In this document: piece by piece, positions 11,513 to 24,717 of the stretch
How the letters are laid out: each line of letters begins with the position of its first letter
How positions within the stretch are numbered: position 1 is the stretch's first letter
From: Octopus sinensis
Lineage: Eukaryota
Assembly (NCBI RefSeq): GCF_006345805.1
Contig: NC_043022.1
Location: 22,258,001 to 22,322,000 of the forward strand
Length of the DNA: 64,000 nucleotides
Direction: 5' to 3'
Notes under the pieces: model-generated
Databases searched by the model: none
Told to the model about the DNA's origin: nothing
Seen by the model: the letters and a program-made list of their open reading frames with translations, nothing else
Program-made: the position numbers and the translations under genes

Positions 11513-12639
11513 GTATGCCATAATCATCTTCACCATCCTTATCACTATCATCATCATCACCATCTTTGCCATTATTGTTTTTACATCTGTTTTTTTCTAT
11601 GCTGATATCGCTTGGATGAGACTTACTGAGAGAATTTTTTAGTCATTTGACTGTGGCCATGCTGGAGCACCGCTTTTAGTCGAGCAAATCAACCCCGCTG
11701 AACTGCTAAGTGATGGGGATGTAAACACATCAGCATCGGTTGTCAAGTCATGTTGGGGGGGACAAGCACAGACACACAAACATATACACACACACACATA
11801 TACGACGGGCTTCTGTCTACCAAATTCACTCACAAGGCTTTGGTCAGCCCAAAGCTATAGTAGAAGACACTTGCCCAAGGTGCCACGCTGTGGGACTGAA
11901 CCCAGAACCATGTGGTTCGTAAGCAAGCTATTTACCCCACAGCCACTCCTACGCCTATATAACCTTTCTTCATTAACCCTCACTTGTTTACCAACTAATG
12001 TTCTACAGGAGTTGCAATGTTTACAGAGGACAAACAAATATTGGAAATGGGAAGTCACTCATGCGTTAGGAAGGGCATCCACTGTAGAAACTCTGCTAGA
12101 TCAGATTGGAGCTTGGTGCAGCCATCTGGTTCCAGGTTCCAATCTTGATCTGGCAGGATTGGCCAGATCGATAATGGTTTCAAATTTTGGCACAGGGACA
12201 CCAATGGGGAGGGATAAGTTGATTACATTGACTTCAGTGTTCAACTGGTTCTTATTTTAATGACTCCAAAAAGATGAAAGGCTAAGTCAACTTTAGCAGA
12301 ATTTGAACTCAGAATGTAAAGTCAGCTGAAATACCGCTAAGTATTTTGTCCAGTGTGAATGAGAAGTGTTAACTAATTACTTTTATGTTACCAAATTTAA
12401 TTCTTTAAAGTAAGTTATTTTGTTGTCTCTTCCTATGACCTTTTCTCTTTGCTTTCAAGATTGGTGGGAGGAATTTTTCATGTCAGAGACCTGGTTTCAG
12501 GAAAGCTTGCACCATTCCTCGCTTATGATGACAGTGTTAAACCAGACAATAAAGTTAACCATTCGAGGAATACAAAATTACTCATAATTCTGCTCTACCT
12601 AACACTGTATGGATGTTGCTCTTTTATTGTCTTTTCCAG

Positions 12640-12741
12640 TCCTTGGAATACGTGGAGAGTATGTTGAACAAAGTCTTAAAACAAATGGAACACCAAGGCT
12701 TAATATGTTCTCGTTCTGATCTTGGAAATTCAACATATGAG
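12640..12741 (+). CDS. STN1: STN1 coding exon 7
   Basis: ttttccag|...|gtatgt. LNKVLKQMEHQGLI resembles FKNAIQLLQEKGLV. Confidence 0.85.
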
Positions 12742-14144
12742 GTATGTTTCATCATTCTACTCTAAGTGGCTGCTGCTTCTTTTTCTGACAAGTGAGACTT
12801 TATCTTCATTTTTCATTTATTTATATTTTCTTTAGATTCTCCTTTGTTCAACTGTTACCACCAATAACCCAGACAACTGCAATGAAAGATCTTCCGTTAA
12901 ACCAAGATTTATTATTCTTTGGTTCCTCAGTGTTCTTAGATTCTATACCACCAGTGATATGTGTGTCGTTAGTAAATTTCACAAGAAATGATGTTTCTAA
13001 TCATTATAATTCCCAAATTCCCCAGTCTTGACCACCGTACTTATAATAATCGTGGCAGCTAGAAGGACAGACATACTGCAGCAGAGTTTGTACCTAAATA
13101 GGTCAGCTCCTGTCCAGTTGAACTTCGCCTGACATGGCTGAGGTCGTAGGTCAAAGGGAGATGACCAATCACTTTTTGACAGGACAAAAAAAACCTTTTT
13201 TCGCACCTGTTGATCATGGTGGTTTGGACGACCTAGAACTCTTAGATTTGGTTTTGAATCTAGGCTTGGAGAAGGAAGTGTCAATTTTTACATATTTATC
13301 ATCCTACAAAGATCCATTGACTTTATGGTTCTGTGTATCATCATCATCATCATTTAATGCCCATCTTCCATGCTGGTATGATTTGGTTGATTCAACAGGA
13401 TCCAGTGAGTGGGAGGGCTGCATTCTGCTCAAATGTCTGCTTTGACATTTTACAGAGTAATTTTTCTTTTTTGTGTCGTATCAATGAACTGGTGAGGTCA
13501 CCATGTAACTCACACGACTAAGGTCCTCCTTAAACTGAGTGTGGCTATAGTAGAGAGGGGAGTGACTTTATGCTACAGGTTGAAAAGTGAAAGCAGTGGT
13601 TCCCAAAGTGGATGGAACTACCCCATGGGGCTGGTGGAAAGATCCAGGAGGGTGTTGAAGAAAAGTGAGGTGATAATTGGGTGGCCAAAAGGGGGCAATG
13701 GATGTAAAAACAACTAAATAATGGATTAAGTCGATTATATCGACCCCAGTGCGTAACTGGTACTTATTTAATCGACCCTGAAAGGATGAAAGGCAAAGTC
13801 GACCTCAGCGGAATTTGAACTCAGAATGTAATGGCAGACAAAATACCACTAAGCATTTCGCCCAGTGTGCTAACGTTTCTGCCAGCTCGCCGGCTTTGGT
13901 TGGCCCAGGGCTATAGTAGAAGACACTTGCCCAAGATGCCATGCAGTGGGACTGACTATGTGGTTGGGAAGCAAACTTCTTTACTACATAGCCACACCTG
14001 CTTCCTTCTGTTTATTGTCGGATGTTTGCATTACATAAATTCTGCATCACCTCAGCTCTGTCTTCATTGAGTTATTTAGATGAGATGAAGTTACCAAATT
14101 GTTTCTGCAAAAGATATTGTTTTGTCTGGAAAATTTTTCTCAAC

Positions 14145-14950
14145 ACTGACTGGAGTGGAGTCCTGTCCTATGGATACTTATAATTCTCATCTAGTGTATA
14201 ATACAACATTGACTAAAGTGTGGGCCCAGTCCCATGGATATTTGAAATTCTCATTTAATGTATAACACAAAATCAACTAGAGTGAGGGCCCAGTCCTATG
14301 AATATTTGAAATTCTCATTTAATGTATAACACAAAATCAACTAGAGTGAGGGCCCAGTCCTATGAATATTTGAAATTCTCATTTAATGTATAACACAAAA
14401 TCAACTAGAGTGAGGGCCCAGTCCTATGAATATTTGAAATTCTCATTTAATGTATAACACAAAATCAACTAGAGTGAGGGCCCAGTCCTATGAATATTTG
14501 AAATTCTCATTTAATGTATAACACAAAATCAACTAGAGTGAGGGCCCAGTCCTATGAATATTTGAAATTCTCATTTAATGTATAACACAAAATCAACTAG
14601 AGTGAGGGCCCAGTCCTATGAATATTTGAAATTCTCATTTAATGTATAACACAAAATCAACTAGAGTGAGGGCCTAGTCCTATGGATATTTGAAATTCTT
14701 ATCTAAAGTATAATACATCAGTGTCTTGAGTGAGAGCCCTATGACATGGAGACTTGTGGTTCTCGTCCAGTGTACAATACAATAGTGACTAGAATGAGTG
14801 CCCAGTCCCATGAAATACTTGGAATTCTCATCTAGAGTATAATACTATCTTGACTGCAGTGTTAGCCTAGTTATAAGCATGATATTAATTTTCATCTACT
14901 GCATAATTCAAAATCAATTAGAGTAAAGGCCCTGTCCTATAGATACTTGC
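14145..14950. repeat. 64-bp minisatellite, about 12 copies (about 7 near-identical in the centre)
   Basis: AACTAGAGTGAGGGCCC recurs at 14275, 14339, 14403, 14467 and onward. Confidence 0.95.
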
Positions 14951-15021
14951 GGTTCATGAAAGAAATAGATTTCATATTGGTTGACTTTGTGAATTAATTT
15001 TGATATTTTTGCCTCTTGCAG

Positions 15022-15097
15022 TCATTATTGAACCCCAAAGCTGATCTGAAATTATTAATTATGGATATTATCAAGAAAGAAGTATATAATGGCAATG
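15022..15097 (+). CDS. STN1: STN1 coding exon 8
   Basis: cttgcag|...G|gtaagt. DLKLLIMDIIKKE resembles DLHRKIHRIIQQD. Confidence 0.82.
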
Positions 15098-15229
15098 GTA
15101 AGTTGTTTTTTTTTTGTTGGGGTGAGTGGTGGAATCATTAGAGTATCTGCTGTTTGGCCATTTGGTATTTGTTCTGAGTTCAAATCATGCCAAGTTCAAC
15201 TTTGTCTTTCATTGTTCCAGTGTCATAAG

Positions 15230-15545
15230 GAAATCACTGTGACTGACCAGGCTATCAGATGTTGCTACACATCGCTGGTCACAATGTGCTTCACATTATT
15301 TTAGCCTTCAAATGATGCCACCCTGTTGGCTAAGCGAGCAGGCCAACAGAAGAAAGAGTGAGAGAAAGTTGTGGCGAAAGAGTACAGCAGGGATCGCCAC
15401 CACCCCCTGCCAGAACCTCGTGGAGCTTCAGGTGTTTTCGCTCAATAAACTCTCACAATGCCCAGTCTGGGAATCGAAACCGCAACCCTACAACCACGAG
15501 TCTGCTGCCCTAACCACTGGGCCATTGTGCCTCCACCATTGCACC
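15230..15545 (-). mobile_element. tRNA-derived SINE family C (GGAGGCGCAATGGCCCAGTGGTTAG head)
   Basis: Homologous to 30908-31215. Confidence 0.8.
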
Positions 15546-15843
15546 ATAAGGAAATACTAGTCATTAAATCAACAGTTTCCTTTCCTAAATTTGAGCCCTT
15601 ATGACTTTGTAAGAAATTATTAATTTGTTTTTAATCTACATGTTTGATACAATCGCTTGCTGGGTCAGAGCCAACACCCTCAGGCAAGTGAAGGGAACAC
15701 ATACGCTATTGAAACCGGGCCCATGAGCCTGGCTAGGCTTTAAAAGGGTGCAAGAAGAAGAAGATGTAGTTAGTAATTGAAAGCACCATATTCTCTTGTG
15801 AATTATCTCCTTACCTTTAATTTTTTTTTTTTTTTCCCTATAG

Positions 15844-15998
15844 AGTATGGGTGTTCATTGATGACTCTGAGAAGTTCCCTGGAGAAGACAAGTCAGTATA
15901 CTGACATATCAGATGTCGCTGTTAACTGGTGTCTTGACCAACTGGAAACCAGTAGCAGCATTATTAAAATCACAAACACTTGTTTTATGCCCTCTTAA
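15844..15998 (+). CDS. STN1: STN1 last coding exon
   Basis: ccctatag|. YGC...VNWCLDQLETSSSII resembles KGC...LQQVLELLEDQSDIV. TAA stop, AATAAA at 16044. Total CDS is 1035 nt (344 aa). Confidence 0.88.
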
Positions 15999-17335
15999 CA
16001 TTTTCATAGAATTATAAGTCATTAAAGTTATTATGTATGTTTTAATAAAAATGATCATTTTTCTAAACTGTTTGGCCTCATTTATAAATGAAAGTTCAGA
16101 CATGGCTGTGTGGTTAAGGAAATTATTTTACAACCGTGTAGTTTTGGGTTCCATCTCACTGCGTGGCACCTTAGGCAAGTGTTTTCTGTCTATAGCTTCA
16201 GGCTGACCAGAAGCTCATTGTGTGTGTACACACATGTAAGTACATAAATACAAAACAAGGTGGAAAAAATAGTACTCTCTCTTTTTCCTCTCTTTTACTT
16301 GTTTCAGTCATTTGACTGTGGCCATGCTGGAGAACTGCCTCTAGTCATGCAAATTGACCCCATGACTTGTTCTTTGTAAACCTAGTACTTATTCTATCGG
16401 CCTCTTTTGCTGAACCGCTAAGTTATGGGGACGTAAACACACCAGCATCTGTTGTCAAGCGATGTTCGGGGGACAAACACAGACACACAAACATATACAC
16501 ACACACACTATATATATACATATATACGACGGGCTTCTTTCAGTTTCCGTCTACCAAATCCACTCACAAGGCTTTGGTCAGTCTGAGGCTATAGTGGAAG
16601 ACACTTTGCCCAAGGTGTATACATATGTATACTCACATATACACGTTTCTACATATATACACACACACTCACACACATATATATATATATATAATATATA
16701 TAAATGCATATGTACATGCCCACCAACACATGTACATACTTATGTGTCCATATGTACACACAGATAGACACAACTATAAATATATATACGCATATGCAGT
16801 CACAAGAGAAAAAGGAGAAAGAAAAAACAATAATTAATAATCTTGTAGCCATTTGACAGTATCATAACACTGTTGGAGATGGGGGTTTAGCTATGGAAAA
16901 GGGAAAGAGAAAAAAAAAGAGAGAAAACTAAACATGCATATACATATGTACACACAACTATGTGTACATATACATGCACATATATGCGTGCCCATGTGTG
17001 TATAATGTGTATGGATAGAAGAGGACTGGTACATGTATGTAGTCACACATTCATATACACATGGATATATGCACTCACATATGCACATGCAAATACCAGT
17101 ACACGTTCATATATACTTGCACACAAATTCGCATGTAGTCACACACATGTTCCTACAAACATAAACACCCATATATATAGATATAGATATTACTAAATTT
17201 TTATGTTTGTATTTATATGATATATTTATATATTACTAAATTTTTAAACGTCGAAAATAAAAGGCTGTAATTAATTATGCCCCACTCTAATGATCCAGCC
17301 AAACAACTACATTTTCTAACATAGAATATTAATAA

Positions 17336-17581
17336 AGTGGTTGTATACTGTCAACTTAACGTGACAGTCCTGTAAGGGAATTACACCACCGCTGTTTAGC
17401 CCTAGGAAGCATCAACGCTTCCTGTCAGCCTTGACACATTTCCTGTGTCCTTATATATTTAACAATGTGCACAGAAAATGTGTCAAGGCCGACAGGAAGC
17501 GTTGATGCTTCCTAGGGCTAAACAGCGGTGGTGTAATTCCCTTACAGGACGGTCACGTTATGTTGACAGTATACAACCACT
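17336..17581. repeat. Near-perfect 246-bp fold-back (hairpin MITE-like element)
   Basis: About 108-bp arms are reverse complements with few mismatches. Confidence 0.92.
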
Positions 17582-18684
17582 CTATCGCTCCACCACCATA
17601 CATATCTCTATGAGATATTTAGAAATTTAATATTTCTAATATTAATAAAGCCTAATGCTAAAAGTAATAACAGATTGTAAACTTAACCTTTGTTATTTAG
17701 ATTTAAAATTAAATTTCAACTATATTACATTATAATAGTAAAAAAAAAACTTTTCTAAAAAATATATTATGGGAAAATATTGAAAAAAAGCACTTTTAAA
17801 AAAACTTTTAATAGTTTTATTTGCATTATTTTTATCTTGTCTTTTACATTTTTTTTTTTTCACGAAATGCATTTTTCAGACAAACACATAAATTAATTAT
17901 ATGCTATTTAAAATGTTAGAAAATAACTGGAAAATATATATTTAAGAAATACAAAATAGTGGAAAACATGGCTGGAATTGTTTCGAAATTGGTAGCAGAG
18001 AATTTATACATACATAGTCACACACACACACATACAGCCACATAAATAGTCATATACATAAAACTACACACACTGATGTACTTACAAGTGCATTTACACA
18101 CACATGCAATCAACCACAGAAATTCAAACATCCACACAGATTTAAAACAAAAATTCACAAGATATTCACACACATTCACAAAATTCAATGTGTAACTACA
18201 CACATACAAGAACTCTCATATGTTATCTATATCCACACACACAAATGTACACACTATTCCGCACACATATTTACAAATATATAACTATACATCATTACTT
18301 ACATCCACATACACATTCATTTTTATACACACATACATACTCCTTTATAGTCACATCCAGATACACACATACACACGCATGCACACACACACACACACAT
18401 TCCCATGCACAAATTCACATTTATGCAGATGCTCATACATTCACATCCACACACATATTCACACACACATTCATACCTACGTTTACACCACATCTACACA
18501 TACATTAGCACTTAAACACATACCTACACATTCAGACATACTCATATCCACATCTACATAATAGACTCATACAGCCACACATACATTCGTACTCATATCT
18601 AAGCACACATACATTAATATCCACATCAATACGCACTCACCTTCACTCATACATGCACACATACACAGACACACACACACACAT

Positions 18685-18860
18685 TTACAAACAAATCATG
18701 AAGTCAAGATCTTCAATCTGATTCTGTAAGACTTTCAGTTCTGCAAAATGGCTTTCTCTGTTGCCATTTGTTTCAGTGTTGTTGTTGTCATTGTTGTGTA
18801 GGCTGAAAACAGATTCTATGGAACCAGCATCACCGATATCAGGAACATTCAGGTTTCCTT
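18685..18860 (-). CDS. CW-PWWP-ARID gene last exon
   Basis: ctgttag|AA...LQNQIEDLDFMICL-TAA. The summed CDS from the ATG at 43366 is 2145 nt, divisible by 3. Confidence 0.65.
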
Positions 18861-19169
18861 CTAACAGGATCAGTAGATATAGATGATTAGATATGGAGAA
18901 AGATAGAGAGAGAGAGACAACATAAACAAGGAGAAATAAAGAGAGAGAGATATCTTCATCATTGTTTTAACCACTACTTTTCCATGTTTGCATGATTCAG
19001 AAGAAATTCAGTGAGACAGAATTTCTGAGGCAGGATGCTATTCCTGTTGCCAACCCTCACACAGATAGTGACATATCAATTATAAATGCAGATACTTGAG
19101 GAAAAAATTGGTAAACAGAGATTAAGTAAAACAGTGCAAATAGTGTGTGGTGTAATAGACGATAAATTA

Positions 19170-19690
19170 CATTTCATGGGCAAAACATTTTGAGGAGAGA
19201 TATGCAAGGCAAATAATTTTTTGTGGATAATACAGTCAATCTGTTTGGCACAGATTGGTTAGAACTATTTTATTTATGGCAACTCCCCATAAATCTTTAC
19301 TGCAGTAACATAAATGGTTGTCCTGTTAAAAACAAGTCTTCGGAAGAACTGAAGAAAAAAATTGAAAAAAATGTCCCCACAAGTGTTATCAAAGGATTTA
19401 GGTCTATGTAGAAAGATGGAAGCCTATTTCCAAGTAGGTGAAAACGCTGTGCCTGTACTTAGAGCAAACAAAAAAGTGCCATTCGCAGCAATTGAAACCG
19501 TAAATGGTTGGACAGACTTGAAAAGGGCAGAGTCATCAAAAAGGTGGATTACTCAAGGTGGGCAGCTCCCACAGTATGTATTAAAAAAAAAAAGATTAGA
19601 CTGTGTGCCAATTTCTCTACAGGATTGAATGACTGCTTAAAAACATACTGCAGAAGACATTTTTTTCAATTTGCAAGAGAAATGAGCAGC
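19170..19690 (+). mobile_element. Degenerate Ty3/Gypsy pol fragment (protease-RT)
   Basis: NLFGTDW, KVPFAA and KKVDYSRWAAPTVCIKK..IRLCANFSTGLNDCL across frameshifts. Confidence 0.75.
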
Positions 19691-19699
19691 AGTACAGCT

Positions 19700-20050
19700 A
19701 CAGAATGAAGGCAGCACTGGCTAAGAAAGAGTTACTTGAGCCAGAACCATTAACACTTATTTGTACTGTGTAGGAACAGTATTCTGCATTTAGGACATAT
19801 ACTAAATGCAGAATTGACAATACAATTGAAAGTGACACTTGCAAGGTGTGTGGTGATAAAGGTGAGATTGTAAGGTATATTGTGAATGAGTACACAAAGC
19901 TGGCCCCAAAAGAAGACATGATAGTGTTGCAAAAGTGATTCTTTGTGAGCTGCGTGACAAGTATAGATTGAAGAAGGCAAATATGTGTTACAGGAAACTC
20001 AGGAGTAATTAAGGATGACAACGTAAAGATACTGTAGGCTGTAGTGTCTA
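19700..20050 (+). mobile_element. Degenerate R4/NeSL-like non-LTR C-terminal zinc-knuckle fragment
   Basis: CKVCGDKGEIVRYIVNEYTKLAPKE, then HDSVAKVI after a frameshift. Confidence 0.5.
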
Positions 20051-20407
20051 AAATGATGATGAAATTCAACATGCAAAGCTGGATATAGAGGTTGTGAATA
20101 AAGAGGGGGGGCGTGTTTAAACATAAATATTGCATGCCCTGCTGATGCCGGTGAATTAGAAAAAGAAGAAAATCAGGTCAGACATGATGTGATAGGGAAA
20201 TATAAAGACTGTGGTCATTGAAAGTGAATGTTATACTGTAAGTACCAAGATTACAAACTTGCTTGAAAAGAGAAGGGTAAATGTGCATGAATCCTCCACG
20301 GAATTCTTGAAATCTGAATGAAGAGTGTAACCTAAGTCCACTGGTTATGGACAGCTGACCCTTTATTACATTTTCCACTGAAGTTGCAGTAAGTACCAAG
20401 ATTACAA

Positions 20408-20862
20408 GTAGAGACTTCAAACTTGAAATCTTCAAAGCCACAGTCGAACCAATTCTACTATATGGCTCAGAAACCTGGACGTTATCAAAGAAGCTTGAGA
20501 GGCATTTGGATGGAACCTACACTCGCCTCCTTATGAGAGCTCAAAATCTCTTGTGAAAGCGCCATCCAACCAAAATGCAAATATATGGGAAACTATCACC
20601 TGTGTCATCTCTTGTGAAAGGTAGGAGAGTCCAGTTTGCTGGACATTGTTGTAGAACTGAAAAAGAGGTAATTTCTACTCTCCTCCTCTGGAAGCCATCT
20701 ACTCGCAATGCCAGAGGGCGCACACTCTCCTACCCTGATGTAATCTCCAGGGATACAGGCATCCAGCAACAGAACCTCCGCAATGCCATGATGGACCGTG
20801 AAGTCAGGCGTAGCATGGTAAATTCCATTGTCTCAACCACGGTCGAACAATGATGATGATGA
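20408..20862 (+). mobile_element. RTE-type LINE 3' end with (TGA)n tail. Family copies at 27528-28020, 36530-36776, 52384-52895
   Basis: IFKATVEPILLYGSETW...FAGHCCR. TSD agattacaa. Confidence 0.88.
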
Positions 20863-21108
20863 AGATTACAAACTTGCTTGAAAAAAAAAAGGGAAAATGT
20901 GCATGAATCCTCCACAGAGTTCTTGAAATCTGAATGAAGAGTGTAACCTAAGTCCACTGGTTATGGACAGCTGACAACTTTATTACATTTTCCACTGAAG
21001 TGCTGTATAATGATGATTGATGATGATTGATGGTTTACATAATGATGATTGATGATTTACAATAAAAGACTGAATCAATGATTTGAATACAAGTAAAATC
21101 TCTCTCAC

Positions 21109-21252
21109 CTTCTGTATAAGTTGTAAAATTCTCTATAGATGTTATGTCCCCTAAAAGGATCTGGTAGTCAGTGTCAGGAGTGCGGTAAGAGCTGGGATCA
21201 ATGTAGTCTCTTAAATTTGCTCTTACTTTGTTTTCAGTTTCTTGAAATATTT
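21109..21252 (-). CDS. CW-PWWP-ARID gene C-terminal exon
   Basis: ctttcag|AA...G|gtgaga. Open within ORF 21035..21481. Confidence 0.65.
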
Positions 21253-22440
21253 CTGAAAGACATAACTTGATGTTATTTAAATTTAACACTGGACAAACAT
21301 TCATTTCTACCAAATACAGATGGGACTGTTGACATCTCCCCCTTGTGAAGCCAACTTCACACAGGAATTTGAACTCAAAGCATAAAGTAGTGGAGCTAAA
21401 TGCCTTGGAATCTACCCTGAAATCCAATTCACTCATCTCCCTTTCTCTTGTACAGTATGTGTGCCCTACCCTGGGGCCCACACTAATTATAATAGATCGT
21501 TACCACTATCGCCTTACTGGTACCTGTTCATCATTACCACCATCGCCTTACTGGCACCTGTGCCGGTGGCATGTGTAAAAAGATTCGAGCGAGGTCGTTG
21601 CCAGTACCGCCTGACTGGCCCCCGTGCAGGTGGCACGTAAAAGCACCCACTACACTAATGGTTGGCATTAGGAAGGGCATCCAGCTGTAAAAACTCTGCC
21701 AGCTCAAGATTGAAGCCTGGTGCAGCCATCTGGTTGGCCAGCCCTCAGTCAAATCATCCAACCCATGCTAGCATGGAAAGCGGACGTTAAACGATGATGA
21801 TGATGTTATCATTTTAATCAAAGTCAATGTCATGGTCATCACCGCCAAAAAGGACCTGCAGCAGCAATGACACCATCATCAAAGTTACTATCACATCCTC
21901 ATCATCATCATTTTATATTTTTTCCATACTGATAGGCGTAGGAGTGGCTGTGTGGTAAGTAGCTTGTTTACCAACCACATGGTTCCGGGTTCAGTCCCAC
22001 TGCGTGGCACCTTGGGCAAGTGTCTTCTACTATAGTCTCGAGCCGACCAAAGCCTTGTGAGTGGTTTTGGTAGACGGAAACTGAAAGAAGCCCATCGTAT
22101 ATATGTATATATATGTATATGTGTGTGTATATGTTTGTGTGTCTGTGTTTGTCCCCCCAACATCACTTGACAACCGATGCTGGTGTGTTTACGTCACCGT
22201 AACTTAGCGGTTCAGCAAAAGGGACCGATAGAATAAGTACTGGGCTTACAAAGAATAAGTCCTAGGGTCGATTTGCTCGACTAAAGGCGGTGCTCCAGCA
22301 TGGCCACAGTCAAATGACTGAAACAAGTAAAAGAGTATACAGGCTGGATGTGTCACCCACAATGGTCCTGTCTTCCATTCCGCTATGGCAATTCGTCTTG
22401 CAGTGTGTGAATACAAAACAAACTACCAGTGGCAACTTAC

Positions 22441-22509
22441 CATATTCAAACTGATAAGAGGTACTGTATTGATCCACCAACATGAAATGTTCCAATATGG
22501 CTGGAGTAT
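22441..22509 (-). CDS. CW-PWWP-ARID gene C-terminal exon
   Basis: atttcag|AT...G|gtaagt. Phase 1-1 and open. Confidence 0.65.
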
Positions 22510-22552
22510 CTGAAATAACTGTAACAGAAAACAATAACAAGATTATGTTTAA

Positions 22553-22772
22553 CCCTTTAGTGTATAAACTGGCCAAATCCGGCCCAATATATTTACATAT
22601 TTTATATTCAAACTGGCCATATCTAGCCTCTCACACCAAACCTACATTGACAGTCTAAAAATAAACAATCACATCATTGAAACCTCAAAGCTATAAGGTA
22701 ATGCATGATTAATTCAAAACAATTTAAATAAAAAAGCATTACATTTAACAGAGTAATCTGAACACTAAAGGG
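22553..22772. mobile_element. piggyBac-type MITE. Others at 31323-31762 and 40077-40297
   Basis: TTAA|CCCTTT...AAAGGG|TTAA termini. Confidence 0.8.
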
Positions 22773-22994
22773 TTAAAGAATAATGATATAATCACATATG
22801 TAATGCGGAAGGGATCAAATAAATCATGGCAAATTAACTTGGAAGCACCTCCACATATCTTTGGCTAAACAGATTACTCCGAAAGAATGTATTCCAGCTA
22901 GTTCAACTGATCAGTACAGCAGTCCATACAGAGGCAAAGAGTTGTTTACTGGTCTTGTCATGGGTATAATGTAAACCTGAGTATACTTCAAAGG

Positions 22995-23340
22995 TGGTGG
23001 TGGTGACCCCCTTCGGTCAGACACTGACCATGGGTTTGCACCTAGAGAGTTACTCTCTGAGGCACAAGTCTGGGCAAGGTTGTTTTATGGAAGACCAGCA
23101 GTCGCCCATGCATACCGGCTTCCCCTCTCCACGTCACCGATGTTGTCCAAGGGAAAGGCAAAGGGGCCGATACAGCTTGGCACCTGTGACGTCGCAACTC
23201 ATTTCTACAGCTGAGTGAACTGGAGCAACGTGAAATAATGTGTCTTGCTCAAGAACACAACACGCAGCCCGGCCCGGGATTCGAGCTCACAACCTCACGA
23301 TCGTAAGCTCAACGCTCTAACCACTGAGCCATGCGCCTTC
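22995..23340 (-). mobile_element. tRNA-derived SINE family D (3' part also at about 29885-30055, + strand)
   Basis: tRNA-like head GGCTCAGTGGTTAGAGCG...CTCGAATCCC and a CTTGAGCAAGACAC CORE-like segment. Confidence 0.8.
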
Positions 23341-23699
23341 ACATCAAAGGTATTATGCAGTATATCATTTATTAAACAAAAACAAATGGATAATTCAAAA
23401 CATCACTACACACGTTTCAGTAGCATAGTTTATTCTCAAATATTAAGTCAATTACATAACTTATTAGATTACATTAAATAAATCCTATTGTTATATAACC
23501 ACTCAATTTCATCAGGTGATATTCTGTCAAATATTTTGGTGAAATACAATGAATCTATGAGGGAAGAGACAGTCGCCCAGCAACAAAATTTGCTAAGGGG
23601 GTGCAAACTCAGGTCCTAATTTTTTTATGAAAAATGTGGATTTTTTCCAATGTTAAAATTAAAACAAATACAGGTATAATAATAATTTTTATTATTATG

Positions 23700-24100
23700 A
23701 GGGTCGGCTGAAATGTTCATAATCTGAGCAAGACACTCTCAATGGAATGTGACGAAATGAAGTTTATTTTCAAACATAGTTCCTCTTACTGTCCACACAC
23801 TTCCATTAGTAGTTGCAGTGCTTGGGTCGCACTGGTGAAGAAGCTTTTCTCTTGATCAAAATGGTCATCAACAACAGATAATATGTTCTCATCATAGTGA
23901 TACTGGTGCTCAGCTGAGTGTTTTTCTATGGTGGGAAACAGATGATAACCAGAAGGAACCAAATTTCTAACATAGGGAGGATGATCAACCAGTTCAAAGC
24001 CAGTCACACACAGCAGCCATTGAAACCAAGGACTTGTGTGCTGAAGCATTGTCCTAATGAAACAAGACCCCATTCATCAGTTTTTCTGGGTGTTTGGTCT
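23700..24100 (-). mobile_element. Degenerate mariner transposase fragment
   Basis: VDHPPYVRNLVPSGYHLF resembles HPPYSPDLAPSDYHLF. Confidence 0.7.
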
Positions 24101-24505
24101 TGATAGCCTTTCATAACTGCCTTAGGAAGTTGGTATTGAAATTTTCCATTGATGGTGTGATCATTTTGAAGATAGCCAATAAACACAATATTTTTTGCAT
24201 TAATGCATAGTATATATAATAATGTGAAGTATATTTTGCATATTAAAATGTTTAATTTTGGAAATGTATCAAGCAGAGCTAAAATAAGCAGTAAAAATAC
24301 AAATTGCAAGTATTTCAAAATGTGGGACACTACATAACAAAAATGAACAAAAAAAAGGGGGAAGAAAATAGTGGTGTTTGTGTTCCAAAGGTATAATGAG
24401 AAGGCTCAGGAGAAGGATAGAGAGATGGGGTAGAGGGAAGGAAGTTAGAAGGAATGAAAAGTGAAAAGATAAACTGGGGATCTGAAATGAGTACAAGGCA
24501 GGAAA

Positions 24506-24543
24506 TTGGCCCCTGTGCCAATATATATATATATGTATATATA

Positions 24544-24620
<77 letters not shown>

Positions 24621-24623
24621 ATA

Positions 24624-24663
<40 letters not shown>

Positions 24664-24705
24664 TATATATATATATGTGTGTGTGTGTGTATGTATATAT
24701 ATATC
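24506..24705. repeat. (TA)n/(TG)n microsatellite block (similar blocks at about 30057-30210, 32445, 50760)
   Basis: Directly visible in the sequence. Confidence 0.95.
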
Positions 24706-24717
24706 CAAAAAATGGAA

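Noticed and set aside
13455-13525. Alternative STN1 exon (SNFSFLCRINELV...)
   Set aside because: It contains an in-frame stop and no STN1 similarity. The 15022 exon fits better.
14145-14950. CRISPR-like regular array (also 42623-43182 and 43820-44605)
   Set aside because: The units repeat in full with no unique spacers, there are no cas genes, and the context is eukaryotic.
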